Virus record (IMG/VR): IMGVR_UViG_3300027753_000001
Coordinates: 1 to 44,993 of that record
Strand: one strand, 5' to 3'
DNA from: a virus
Taxonomy: Duplodnaviria; Caudoviricetes
Length of the DNA stretch: 44,993 bases
The notes beneath the pieces were generated by a model. It saw only the letters and a list, made by a program, of their open reading frames with translations. It did no database searches and was not told the DNA's origin. The position numbers and the translations under genes are program-made. Every line of letters starts with the position of its first letter. The first letter of the stretch is position 1. Shown here piece after piece: positions 28,550-37,537 of this stretch.

Positions 28550-28645
28550 TCATATTCTACAGCACCCTACACAGAATCCACACTTCGGACACTTATCGTT
28601 TCCTTGTAAGTCATTTAGGCATTGTGGGCATCTTTCTTCTTCCAT
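28550..28645 (-). CDS. CPxCG-type zinc-finger microprotein (31 aa)
   Basis: MEEERCPQCLNDLQGNDKCPKCGFCVGCCRI; GAGGA RBS. Confidence 0.65.
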   Translation of the reverse strand: MEEERCPQCLNDLQGNDKCPKCGFCVGCCRI

Positions 28646-28663
28646 CTTGTTTTTCCTCTTCAC

Positions 28664-29188
28664 CTACTTCTTTATACCTTTAAAGTATAAGTCCTTAGAG
28701 TTACCTTCGTATTTAACTTCGTAATCATTAAATATTTTGTCTAAGTCAAACGTTTCTTTGAACTCTTCTGGACTTATATTATAATAGTAGTCAGGGTCTG
28801 TTCCCCAAATATGCACTCCTGTTGTTCTTCTTGTTCCATGCTCTGCTCTACCAGTACTAGCACACGTAAAAAATAGTAGTCCACCTTTCTTAGTATGATT
28901 TATCATGTTCTGAATTGTTTGTTTCCAATATTGGTCATGTTCGAAGCACTCTCCACTGCATACTACGTCGTACTTCTTATTATCTTTATACTCGTGTCCT
29001 TTCATTACTATGTCTACATCTTTTCCTGCTACTATGTCTACTCCTATGTATTCACAGTCTTTGAATAAGTCCCTGAATGAACCGTTCACGTTTAGGCTTC
29101 CTATTTCTAGTACTCTTACGTTACTAAATTTTTCTGGGTGTCTTATTTTTACGCTTTCACAGTATTCTTTTTGATTTTTATGTGCCAT
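28664..29188 (-). CDS. class I SAM-dependent methyltransferase
   Basis: VLEIGSLNVNGS, YIGVDI, DVVCSGECFEHD. Confidence 0.88.
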   Translation of the reverse strand: MAHKNQKEYCESVKIRHPEKFSNVRVLEIGSLNVNGSFRDLFKDCEYIGVDIVAGKDVDIVMKGHEYKDNKKYDVVCSGECFEHDQYWKQTIQNMINHTKKGGLLFFTCASTGRAEHGTRRTTGVHIWGTDPDYYYNISPEEFKETFDLDKIFNDYEVKYEGNSKDLYFKGIKK

Positions 29189-29397
29189 TATTTTTCCTCC
29201 TTATAGTAGTACGCCACGTCATTTACTAGTAAATAGTATGATTCTTTGCATTTTATGATGTCGCCACCTTCGAACCCTTTACTATATTCTAGCAGGTCAT
29301 GTAGTGTGTGGAATTGTACAAATATGTTTATACCACCACTTATACTAATGTCTTTTACTTCTATTACTGGTCTTGGACTACTCATAGTTGAACCCAC
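29188..29397 (-). CDS. hypothetical protein
   Basis: 69 aa in operon. Confidence 0.55.
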   Translation of the reverse strand: MGSTMSSPRPVIEVKDISISGGINIFVQFHTLHDLLEYSKGFEGGDIIKCKESYYLLVNDVAYYYKEEK

Positions 29398-29660
29398 TTC
29401 TTACTTCTTTTAAATTTATTAAGTAACCTTTTAACTTCTTTAGCATTCTGCTTCTTATTATAAGTTATTCTAAACTCAAAGTGTAATCCGAGTAAAGCAA
29501 ATTCTAATTCAAAATTACCAAACACTTTATCAAGTTCAGAGTAGAACTTTATCCAAGTGAACTCAACCCATTTATAATTATAAGGCATTAATACGTTTGA
29601 CCAGTCTTCTCTAAAAGTTATTATTGTGTTTCTGTATTTAAAATTAAAGTGCTTTTCCAT
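29382..29660 (-). CDS. hypothetical protein
   Basis: 92 aa, TAATG-coupled to rtcB. Confidence 0.65.
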   Translation of the reverse strand: MEKHFNFKYRNTIITFREDWSNVLMPYNYKWVEFTWIKFYSELDKVFGNFELEFALLGLHFEFRITYNKKQNAKEVKRLLNKFKRSKKWVQL

Positions 29661-30904
29661 TATTTATTCCTCAATTTTTCATATTTTCCTGTAAAATTAC
29701 TTTCTTTTAAATTATAAACAGGTTTTAAGTAGTCATAAACGTCAACGCAGTCCTTTATAGCTTCCTCTATTTCACTTTTAGGTTTATACGCAAAAGGTGA
29801 CTCATCTAATGTCGCACTATTAACACTACTACTCCAAACATTTTTCATAGTTTCTTTAAAATCGTTTAGTTGTAATGTTTTTTGTGCTACTCCTCTACTC
29901 ATAATTCGTCCGGCACCATGAGGAGCACTAAAGTTCCAACCAGGACTACCTTTCCCAGTTGCTAAAATACTTCCATCCCTCATATTAAAAGGTATAACAA
30001 CCTTTTCGTCTTTATAAGCTCTAATTGCTCCTTTACGAATTATGTTATCTTTAGGATCAATATAATTATGAACGCTTTCAATAGATTCCTCAACTTCTAA
30101 ATGTAAAACTTCACAAATCTTATCTTTAATCATTCTTTTATTCAAATGAGCAAACTTCTGAGCAATAAACATATCCTGCAAATACTCATCTTTCTGCAAT
30201 CCTTCTAACCAGCATTGTTCATTAGGAACTTTAAATATATCGTGTGATTTTATGTTTTCTTTAAAGCTTTGCCTATCATTTTCATCTACAATAGCCACAA
30301 TACTCATCATTTGTTTTCTAATATTATTAACGTAATCTATAGCTCTTTTTTGATGGTACTCACAAGTTGTTTTACCGACATTCCTACTACCAGTATGAAT
30401 TAACAGCCAGTAACTGTCATCTTTTGTGGATTTGGCAAATTCAATAAAATGATTGCCACCACCTAGTGTTCTAAGCTGATTTATAACTTTTTGTTCAGTT
30501 AAACCAAGTTTATTTATTAGACCCCTTAATCTTCCTTGACAGCCCATTTTATTTTCAACCCATTCAATTGTTTCAGTTGCGTCTGTTCTGTGGTTAAAGC
30601 CTAATGGTATTACACTTCTTATTTTTTTATCTATGTCTTCCCAGTTATCAGTTGTTAAACCTTTTACTTTGTAGGCGTATATTCCACATCCTATGTCCAC
30701 ACCTATGGTATTTGGGATTAAGTTAAGCCCGACTGGCATTGTAAACCCAACAACGCTACCACTTCCAGCATGAGTGTCAGGCATTATTACAACTTGCTTA
30801 TTAAAAGCGGGGCTATTAATCATGCTTTGGATTTGATTTAAACAGCTATCTTCAATAGTTAATGCATGAATTACTGCGTTTGTATATTTACCTTTTAATT
30901 CCAT
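29660..30904 (-). CDS. rtcB: RtcB RNA ligase
   Basis: MPDTHAG, IGVDIGCG, TLGGGNHFIE, HTGSRN, HNY, RKGA, PHGAGR, DESPFAYK. Confidence 0.96.
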   Translation of the reverse strand: MELKGKYTNAVIHALTIEDSCLNQIQSMINSPAFNKQVVIMPDTHAGSGSVVGFTMPVGLNLIPNTIGVDIGCGIYAYKVKGLTTDNWEDIDKKIRSVIPLGFNHRTDATETIEWVENKMGCQGRLRGLINKLGLTEQKVINQLRTLGGGNHFIEFAKSTKDDSYWLLIHTGSRNVGKTTCEYHQKRAIDYVNNIRKQMMSIVAIVDENDRQSFKENIKSHDIFKVPNEQCWLEGLQKDEYLQDMFIAQKFAHLNKRMIKDKICEVLHLEVEESIESVHNYIDPKDNIIRKGAIRAYKDEKVVIPFNMRDGSILATGKGSPGWNFSAPHGAGRIMSRGVAQKTLQLNDFKETMKNVWSSSVNSATLDESPFAYKPKSEIEEAIKDCVDVYDYLKPVYNLKESNFTGKYEKLRNK

Positions 30905-30922
30905 TATTATTTCCTCTATTAT

Positions 30923-31165
30923 CTAACAACAACCAGCGTCTGGGAAAACAATAACTTTTCTTTCGACATTATTGTCTTTTAATTCGTATATTAATATTTC
31001 TTTAAATTCTTTTTCTGTGATAATAATATCTTGATATTCCTTAATTATCTCTTTTAAATCATCTAAATCTTTAGCAACAACCATTAAACCACCATTTGAA
31101 TGGTATCTATCACTAACATTGTCTAACTTTTCAAATATATACATTTTCATTTTTTGTTTCCTCAT
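30923..31165 (-). CDS. hypothetical protein
   Basis: YHSNGGLMVVA...FPDAGCC; first gene after the promoter at 31231. Confidence 0.7.
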   Translation of the reverse strand: MRKQKMKMYIFEKLDNVSDRYHSNGGLMVVAKDLDDLKEIIKEYQDIIITEKEFKEILIYELKDNNVERKVIVFPDAGCC

Positions 31166-31230
31166 AAAATATTAAGCAGTTGAACAGTGTAGTACTTATC
31201 AAGCTCTCCATTATTAAATAGTATTCAACT

Positions 31231-31247
31231 ATTTATAAATATTTATA
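31231..31247 (-). promoter_or_regulatory. TATA promoter of the rtcB operon
   Basis: Minus strand ATAAATATTTATAAAT. Confidence 0.55.
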
Positions 31248-31249
31248 TA

Positions 31250-31783
31250 TTACAGTATATATAATTTGTCCCGATTATGTAATAAATGATTAATAACTCT
31301 ATTAACTTCTCTTACTAATTTAAGTTTATTATCAGTTTTAACATAAATATCATAATCTCTTTTTTTCTTATAGAACTTACCCACATCTCTATTAACTCTT
31401 TCTAAACCAACACTTTTAACTCTAGCTTTCCAACTTCTATTAATAAATAGAGTAGTAATATTATACTTATCACTAAAATATTTTTTCAAATAATCAATAC
31501 CAGCCTCGTCAATAACATAAGTATTAATAAATTTTACATCTCTACCAAGACAACAATACCTTACACCATCCCAATTAGTCTTAGCCAAGCAATCAGGAGC
31601 ATTATAGTACTCGTCCATTAATTCTTCACTAATGAACTTATGGCCAACATCAAATTCATCTCTTTGCTTACGAGTAGTGTAACTTTGTATTTGTGGAATA
31701 TTAAACTCTTTCTCTATGAAGTCTGCTACTGTACTTTTACCACTACCGCTTCTTCCTGCTATGCATATTATTATTGGTTTCAT
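31250..31783 (-). CDS. guanylate kinase-like nucleotide kinase
   Basis: GRSGSGKST, SYTTRKQR, HKFIS, YVIDEAG. Confidence 0.85.
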   Translation of the reverse strand: MKPIIICIAGRSGSGKSTVADFIEKEFNIPQIQSYTTRKQRDEFDVGHKFISEELMDEYYNAPDCLAKTNWDGVRYCCLGRDVKFINTYVIDEAGIDYLKKYFSDKYNITTLFINRSWKARVKSVGLERVNRDVGKFYKKKRDYDIYVKTDNKLKLVREVNRVINHLLHNRDKLYIL

Positions 31784-31803
31784 AAAATTAGTATAAGTAT
31801 GAT

Positions 31804-31823
31804 TAGTATTTAAATGTTTTGTT
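31804..31823 (-). promoter_or_regulatory. TATA promoter of the kinase gene (leaderless)
   Basis: Minus strand AACAAAACATTTAAATACTA ending about 20 nt before ATG 31783. Confidence 0.6.
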
Positions 31824-31972
31824 TAGTAAGAATATGAAGGGTAAGGGTATTTCAATCCCAAATATGAATATTGGGAGAGTGATGAAACCTATACCTAAAT
31901 ACTTATAGTTAATGTACATTAAAATGGTTAGTATTAGGTATGTTATGGTTTCATTCATTTTTCTTTGTTTGA

Positions 31973-32057
31973 CGCTGTGGGTGAGATTTGAACTCACAAT
32001 CCCTTTTAAGGGAACGGATTAGCAGTCCGTCGGAATACCAGGTTATCCGACCACAGC
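31973..32057 (-). tRNA. tRNA-Ser (anticodon GCT), no intron, CCA not encoded
   Basis: Acceptor GCTGTGG/CCACAGC, anticodon arm ACGGA-CTGCTAA-TCCGT, long variable arm TCCCTT/AAGGGA, T arm GTGAG-TTCAAAT-CTCAC, discriminator G; TTTAAATA box upstream at 32072-32079. Confidence 0.93.
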
Positions 32058-32087
32058 AAAGAGCTAATTACTATTTAAACTCTAATT

Positions 32088-33422
32088 TCATAGTTTGTAC
32101 TTCCCTTTGATGTTGTTAAGTATTTGTATTGATCCATCTATGTTAATTATTGCGTTTGCTTGAACCCAATTACTGTATCCTCTGTTATATCCTATTCTTG
32201 GATATGTGCTTGTTCCTACACTATATGTATCTCTTAGTTTTATTACTGTGTGAGTGTGCCCTGTTACGCTTGATCCGTTTGCTTCTTCTATGCTTCTTGG
32301 ACTTGCTCTTCCACCGTTAGCTCCTAAGTCGCCATGGTTTCCTAGTTGCACATTCTTATACTTTAAGTTGTCATCTCTTTGTAACAACACTACATTGTTA
32401 GCTAATCCATATCTTTGTAGACCTACTTGTAATGGGTCTTTTCCTTGTAGTGCTTCTAAGAATAGTTCTGCTCCTACTTTTTGATTAGGCACATCTTCTA
32501 TGAATCTTCCTTCTTGTAAGTATCTTTCAAGATGTTCATCATGGTTACTTTTTACTATGTAAACTGTGTCTACGTGTTCAGCTAAACCATTTATTGACTT
32601 AACTGTTTCTCTTAGTTCCTTCTCTAGGTTTAATCCTTGGCTTAAATAGACTTTGTTCTGTTCTATTAATTTACCTTTGTAGTGGTGGCTTATGCTTACT
32701 CCGTTAAAAGCGTCGTGTAATACTAAGTTTTCTGGTTTTAATTCTTTTAGTTGTTTTATTGTTAGTTTGTAATGTTTTGGGTCTGTGTGATGTGGGTGTA
32801 AGTCGCCCATTATTAAGTAGGGTATTTGACCTTCTTTTTTATTATTAGTGTATGGTATTCCTAAGTCGTAGAAGTCGCCTTTCTTGTTTGCTTTTATGTA
32901 TCTATGATGGAAGTATTTTGAGTCCTCTATTTCTACTATGATTGCTCCTATTTCGTGGTCTTTAGTTGCTATTCTTCCTATACGATTATTCTCGTTGTAT
33001 CTTGGGTTTGTTATTGATCCTGTGGTCATTATTGCTTTTGGTATTAAGTCATAGCTGTTTGCTACGTATTGTAGTTGTTGTTTTGTACTTGCGAATATGA
33101 AGCTTTTGTCACCTTGTGCGAACCTTTTAAGTCCTGTTAATGGTAGGATTTGTTGTGGTTTTAATGCGTAATTACTTATTCTTATTGAGTTGTTTAGTTT
33201 ATACTCTGTTGTTATTATGCTGTGTTGTTGTAGGTCTGGGTGCAGTCCTACTTCTTCATCAAGTATACTTTTGCCACTTGTTGGTAGTATTAGCAGTTCT
33301 GCTTTGTTAACCTGACAATAATTCTTCAAATTATCATAGAAACCTTTATTAATAGTAGCACCTTTCTGTGCTGTTGTAACAACATATCTTTTAACCATCT
33401 CATCCAAACTCATAAATATCAC
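32088..33422 (-). CDS. large metallophosphoesterase-domain protein
   Basis: MGDLH, LHDAFNG, SNHDEHL, NHGD, GHTH; TATA motif at 33449-33464 upstream. Confidence 0.82.
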   Translation of the reverse strand: MIFMSLDEMVKRYVVTTAQKGATINKGFYDNLKNYCQVNKAELLILPTSGKSILDEEVGLHPDLQQHSIITTEYKLNNSIRISNYALKPQQILPLTGLKRFAQGDKSFIFASTKQQLQYVANSYDLIPKAIMTTGSITNPRYNENNRIGRIATKDHEIGAIIVEIEDSKYFHHRYIKANKKGDFYDLGIPYTNNKKEGQIPYLIMGDLHPHHTDPKHYKLTIKQLKELKPENLVLHDAFNGVSISHHYKGKLIEQNKVYLSQGLNLEKELRETVKSINGLAEHVDTVYIVKSNHDEHLERYLQEGRFIEDVPNQKVGAELFLEALQGKDPLQVGLQRYGLANNVVLLQRDDNLKYKNVQLGNHGDLGANGGRASPRSIEEANGSSVTGHTHTVIKLRDTYSVGTSTYPRIGYNRGYSNWVQANAIINIDGSIQILNNIKGKYKL

Positions 33423-33460
33423 CTAGTAACCTTTAAATCTAATAGTTACCATTTAAATAT

Positions 33461-34330
33461 TTATAGTTTACCTCCAAATTCTTCTAGTTTTCTAAGCAAT
33501 AAACTCTCACTAACAACATAGTCCTTGCTATAATGATAATGAACTTTCATAACAATATCATTCCTTGACAGTTTAGTGCCTTTAGTATACTTATACCACG
33601 CCCATAAGTAATCTATCATGTCTTCCTTAGTATACTTCTTTTTAAGCACTTGTATTATTATGTAAAGCATTGTTTCTCTTCCATCATTAACAGTTGTACT
33701 GTACCACGCTGTATCCATTATCTTCTTGAATACTTCACTGTGCTCTATATCTTTTAAGTCTGTGCTTAGTCTTCTTCTACTTAATGTGTACATTTCGTCA
33801 CAGTACTTATCCCATATTATTTGTGGCAGTCTACTTTTTAAGAAGAAATCCTTAGTTTTATATATAAGAGTCTTATACTTACCTGTTTTTTCATGTAGTC
33901 CAAACTCGGCTCTTATGAGATGATCGCTACATAGTTGTAAATCAGGGTTAGGTATCCCTTCACTGTAATGTTTCAGTATTACTCTTTTTAAAGCAGTTAA
34001 GTTAGTTGCTTCTCCTACGTCTATTAAGAAGTGTACGTGTACGCTCTTGTTTCCACTGAACCACTTACTGAACCCTATGTTGTCTTTGCTTAATCTTTTA
34101 CATACTTCGTCTGCTAACTTCTTATTAACTGCTTTATCGTCATCATCAAACTCTATTACTACTTCACAATTAAGAATACTTCTGTGGTTATAAGGAGTAT
34201 GAGGATTGTAGGAGGTGTCTAAGTAAACACTTCTTTTCCAGCTACTATCTTCATTCTCTCTGTACACTAAGTTAATGTTTTCTTGGTGCTTGTAGTAGTT
34301 ACGTAAGTATAAGTTTAAACTTTCTTTCAT
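33461..34330 (-). CDS. archaeo-eukaryotic primase with fused C-terminal helical domain
   Basis: AEP motifs VVIEFD, FSGNKSVHVH, HLIR; C-terminal DGRETMLYII...YLWAW resembles PriL/PriX-type CTD. Confidence 0.78.
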   Translation of the reverse strand: MKESLNLYLRNYYKHQENINLVYRENEDSSWKRSVYLDTSYNPHTPYNHRSILNCEVVIEFDDDDKAVNKKLADEVCKRLSKDNIGFSKWFSGNKSVHVHFLIDVGEATNLTALKRVILKHYSEGIPNPDLQLCSDHLIRAEFGLHEKTGKYKTLIYKTKDFFLKSRLPQIIWDKYCDEMYTLSRRRLSTDLKDIEHSEVFKKIMDTAWYSTTVNDGRETMLYIIIQVLKKKYTKEDMIDYLWAWYKYTKGTKLSRNDIVMKVHYHYSKDYVVSESLLLRKLEEFGGKL

Positions 34331-34689
34331 TTTAGTAATCTTAGTAAGTCCTCAAATCTTATTAATGCGTAGTTGTTACTTCTGTTACGTGTGAACGCAA
34401 CTAACGGAACTCTTCCTTCCACACTATTTTTTTCTGCTTGTTTAATCCATTCCCAGACACTTGCTTTCTCTGTGTTCTTACACTCAATATCAAAAGGTAT
34501 ATGTGTCTTAGCAAGTGGGGTAAGCTTAATATCAACACCTGTTTCACCCATTATAGTACAACTAATATCTTCTTTTAGTAAAGGGTACTTACTTATTAGT
34601 AAGTCCCTTATAAGTTGCTGAAAACGTCTTCCTCGTGCTTTTCTACTTCTTACTGTTGTTGCGATTGTATTCACCTCTCCAGATACCAC
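34327..34689 (-). CDS. Holliday junction resolvase-like PD-(D/E)xK nuclease (start uncertain)
   Basis: SRKARGRRFQ, GVDI, IECKN, WIKQAEKN. Confidence 0.82.
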   Translation of the reverse strand: MVSGEVNTIATTVRSRKARGRRFQQLIRDLLISKYPLLKEDISCTIMGETGVDIKLTPLAKTHIPFDIECKNTEKASVWEWIKQAEKNSVEGRVPLVAFTRNRSNNYALIRFEDLLRLLK

Positions 34690-34774
34690 ATACCCTACTA
34701 TAACTTATATTAAATATAGGATTTAGGCTCCTTTGTTTGTCTATACTTATAGACTTTCTTAGCACTACTTGTTT

Positions 34775-34954
34775 TCATAAAGCTAATAAGTAAAACAATA
34801 GTTTAATTAAACCTACACACATACTAGTTACTATCAGTATTACTATTGTGTACACTGATATTTCTATGAATGACTTAATTATGTTTTCTATCATGGTTGG
34901 TTTTGGCTTTGATTTTAATGATTCCATTAGATCTTCTACGCTTAAGTCACTCAT
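34775..34954 (-). CDS. small membrane protein (59 aa)
   Basis: MSDLSVEDLMESLK... then hydrophobic SVYTIVILIVTSMCVGLIKLLFYLLAL; hand translated. Confidence 0.5.
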   Translation of the reverse strand: MSDLSVEDLMESLKSKPKPTMIENIIKSFIEISVYTIVILIVTSMCVGLIKLLFYLLAL

Positions 34955-35123
34955 TTACTCCACCCCAATCTTCTTGCAAATAAATACCATATTCTTCATC
35001 ATGGTACATTTGTATTGTGTAATCTAAATTACTTAATTTTAGTAGTTCTATTAAGTAATCAAAATCTTCTTGTTCGCTGTCGTTACTTCTTGTTATTACT
35101 GCTACTTCTCTTAGTGCTTTCAT
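34950..35123 (-). CDS. small acidic hypothetical protein (57 aa)
   Basis: MKALREVAVITRSNDSEQEDFDYLIELLK...; hand translated, fills gap. Confidence 0.5.
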
Positions 35124-35265
35124 CTTCTTCTTCCCTTACTACTAGTACTGACTTTGCTGTTATTAATTGTATTATTTGATGTACTTCTTTGTATGGCTTT
35201 GTTGCTAAATAGTCTAGTGTTGCTCTTAGTACTACATCTGGTACTTTAAATATTTGTTCTTCCAT
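35083..35265 (-). CDS. hypothetical protein
   Basis: LDYLATKPYKEVHQII motif resembling common small phage proteins. Confidence 0.65.
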   Translation of the reverse strand: MEEQIFKVPDVVLRATLDYLATKPYKEVHQIIQLITAKSVLVVREEEDESTKRSSSNNKK

Positions 35266-35271
35266 TTTATT

Positions 35272-36042
35272 TTATTCCTCCTTGTTGCTCATTAATAATT
35301 GTTTAAGCGTTTTACTATTTAAACTTATCGGTGTTATAGGATATACGTTGTCAGGTTTAAGATGGCAAAGAATTAAACTAATCCTATTAAGACTTATACC
35401 TGTAGTCTTAGATAACAAATATTTATAAATGTTAAGTTGAAAACTATACTTTATAAAATTACAGCTATCGTAGTCCTTGGTTACGTTAGTTATTCCTTTT
35501 TTACCATAGTAACTCGTCATATCTATTCTCTTTGTTGCTTTCCAGTCACAAATAACTACTTCTTGTACTACTCCGTTAATTTCAACTATTACTATTAAGT
35601 CTACTGTTCCTGCTACTTTATAGTACTTGTTTCTTAGTCTTAGTTCTGGTAGTACTTTTACTCTGCACTTAAATCCTGCTTTGGTGTAGTCCGCGGTTAA
35701 AGCGTTAATTATATTGTGTACATAATTAGTTGCTTTTATTGCTTCTGGTAACATAGCACTATTTATGCCTAGTAAGTGCTCCTCTATTTCTTTATGTACT
35801 AATGAGCCATATTCTCTGTTCATTTTCCATTCTGCTAAGATGCTTTCTTTAGTGCTATTAGCGTACTTTGGCATTTTTAGTAGTTTATTTACTACTTCTT
35901 CTTCGTTGAACTCTTCGAAGTGTTTACCTATTAGTGTGGTTACGCTTGTAAATAAGGTTTTTCCTTCACTATATTTGTGTGCTTCTTCGTTGAATATTAG
36001 TTCTTTTGTGGTTGTTAGTTCTTCAAATTCTTCTATGTTCAT
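35272..36042 (-). CDS. PD-(D/E)xK exonuclease
   Basis: FNEEAHKY, SVTT, GSLVHKEIE, AGTVDL, DWKA, YSFQLNIY. Confidence 0.88.
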   Translation of the reverse strand: MNIEEFEELTTTKELIFNEEAHKYSEGKTLFTSVTTLIGKHFEEFNEEEVVNKLLKMPKYANSTKESILAEWKMNREYGSLVHKEIEEHLLGINSAMLPEAIKATNYVHNIINALTADYTKAGFKCRVKVLPELRLRNKYYKVAGTVDLIVIVEINGVVQEVVICDWKATKRIDMTSYYGKKGITNVTKDYDSCNFIKYSFQLNIYKYLLSKTTGISLNRISLILCHLKPDNVYPITPISLNSKTLKQLLMSNKEE

Positions 36043-37331
36043 AGTAACACCTGCTGACCATAATCAACTAATAATTCCTTAGTAGTAATAACTTCGTCTA
36101 GTGCTTTGTTCTTATTAACAAAACTACTAATACCATCAACTTTCTTAATTAGCCTACTATGATCTATTTTTTTAAGCTTCTCTTTAGCCAACTTAAGCAA
36201 AGTAGGATAATTAAGCATATGCTTATAATCTACTATAGCATCCTTTATAACTGCGACCATATCATCATATTCTTTCTGAGTATCACACATTAAATCTAGT
36301 CTGTTGCTTAAGCTTTTAAGATTTCCTTGCCATCTCTCACTATAGTTCTCAATCCAGCTATTATCATAACCCTTCATTTCTTTAAGAACATTATTATAGT
36401 CCGAGTAGTATGTTAGGCTTCTGATTAGATTAGAGTACCATTCAGTGTTATCATCAACGTATTCTTTTATGTTGTAGTTCTTTGATTCTTTGAAGTCTTC
36501 TTGCACTCTTCCGTTCAGTCTTAGTGGCGTGAACCTGTCTTGTACTGCGTCACGACTAACCATGTCAAAGTAATTATCGTGTTTATAATTGTTAATGTCG
36601 TTATAGACTAGTATTATGCTTAGTTTGCTTATGTCTATTGTTTCTCCTGTGCTCTCTGTTCTACGACTACTCTTAGTTATGCTAACTTTACCATCTGCAC
36701 TATTAAGTAAGAATTGTTCTATTAGTTCCCATTGTGCTTGGTTTACGTCTACTACTTCATTAATACATAGTAAGTTGCTTTGACACAGGAATTCTAGTTT
36801 GGCATAAGTTGGTTTTGTTATGTTGCTTACTCCACCTATTAATCCGTTCATTATTTCCATTGAACTGTCTTTTCCGAAACCTGGATTACTACTGATTCTG
36901 AAGAATGTTTTATCAAAGTAACTTGTTAGTGTTATAAGCCAGTATAGTTCTTGGTGTGCTTTATTGCTATGTTTAAAGTAGCTGAGTTCTTTTATTAGTT
37001 CTTTAAAACTGTGATGTTTCTCACTTTTAAATCTTACTGGTGTTTTCTTTTTAACTAAGTGATATACGTCTTTCCTATAAGCTATTTTTTCTGTTTTACT
37101 TGGTCTGAAAGGCAGTTCTTCTACTAGGTTAAGTCCTTTGTTTTCTATGAAGTATTTTTGGTTGTTATATGTGAATACGAATCCCCATAAGTCAGCGTTC
37201 TCGTCTACTCCGCCGTCTGCTAGGGTTACTTTGTTAAAGTATACTTCGTCAGGAACGAGGTGCTCCCAACTTAGTATGTCTTTAAAGTACTGATTCTTAA
37301 ACTCACTGATAAACTCATAATATAATTTCAT
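36039..37331 (-). CDS. MCM-like AAA+ helicase (divergent)
   Basis: Walker A SNPGFGKD, Walker B variant LCINE, GKVSITK, sensor IILVYN, arginine finger AVQDRF. Confidence 0.7.
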   Translation of the reverse strand: MKLYYEFISEFKNQYFKDILSWEHLVPDEVYFNKVTLADGGVDENADLWGFVFTYNNQKYFIENKGLNLVEELPFRPSKTEKIAYRKDVYHLVKKKTPVRFKSEKHHSFKELIKELSYFKHSNKAHQELYWLITLTSYFDKTFFRISSNPGFGKDSSMEIMNGLIGGVSNITKPTYAKLEFLCQSNLLCINEVVDVNQAQWELIEQFLLNSADGKVSITKSSRRTESTGETIDISKLSIILVYNDINNYKHDNYFDMVSRDAVQDRFTPLRLNGRVQEDFKESKNYNIKEYVDDNTEWYSNLIRSLTYYSDYNNVLKEMKGYDNSWIENYSERWQGNLKSLSNRLDLMCDTQKEYDDMVAVIKDAIVDYKHMLNYPTLLKLAKEKLKKIDHSRLIKKVDGISSFVNKNKALDEVITTKELLVDYGQQVLL

Positions 37332-37537
37332 AGTTCTATAACCTCATCGTCGTCTTCTACAGTTGCGTCTAGTTTCACTTGTTTTACTACTGGTTTCTTC
37401 TTAGACTTATTTGCTGTTGTTGGTTCCGTGGTAAACTTGCTTTTTATTTCAGGGTTACCTGGTAAACCATCAGCGTATATAGGTATTTGGTATGTTACTA
37501 TACTTGTGAAGTTTAAGTAGTGAGTTATTTCTTTCAT
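37328..37537 (-). CDS. hypothetical protein with acidic tail
   Basis: 69 aa, coupled on both sides. Confidence 0.65.
   Translation of the reverse strand: MKEITHYLNFTSIVTYQIPIYADGLPGNPEIKSKFTTEPTTANKSKKKPVVKQVKLDATVEDDDEVIEL

Noticed and set aside
31803-31997. 64-aa ORF starting inside the tRNA
   Set aside because: Start overlaps the tRNA T arm; at most a shorter hydrophobic peptide from MNETIT is real
31973-32057. tRNA as integration (attP) site
   Set aside because: No integrase or recombinase recognised and no duplicated tRNA 3' fragment seen
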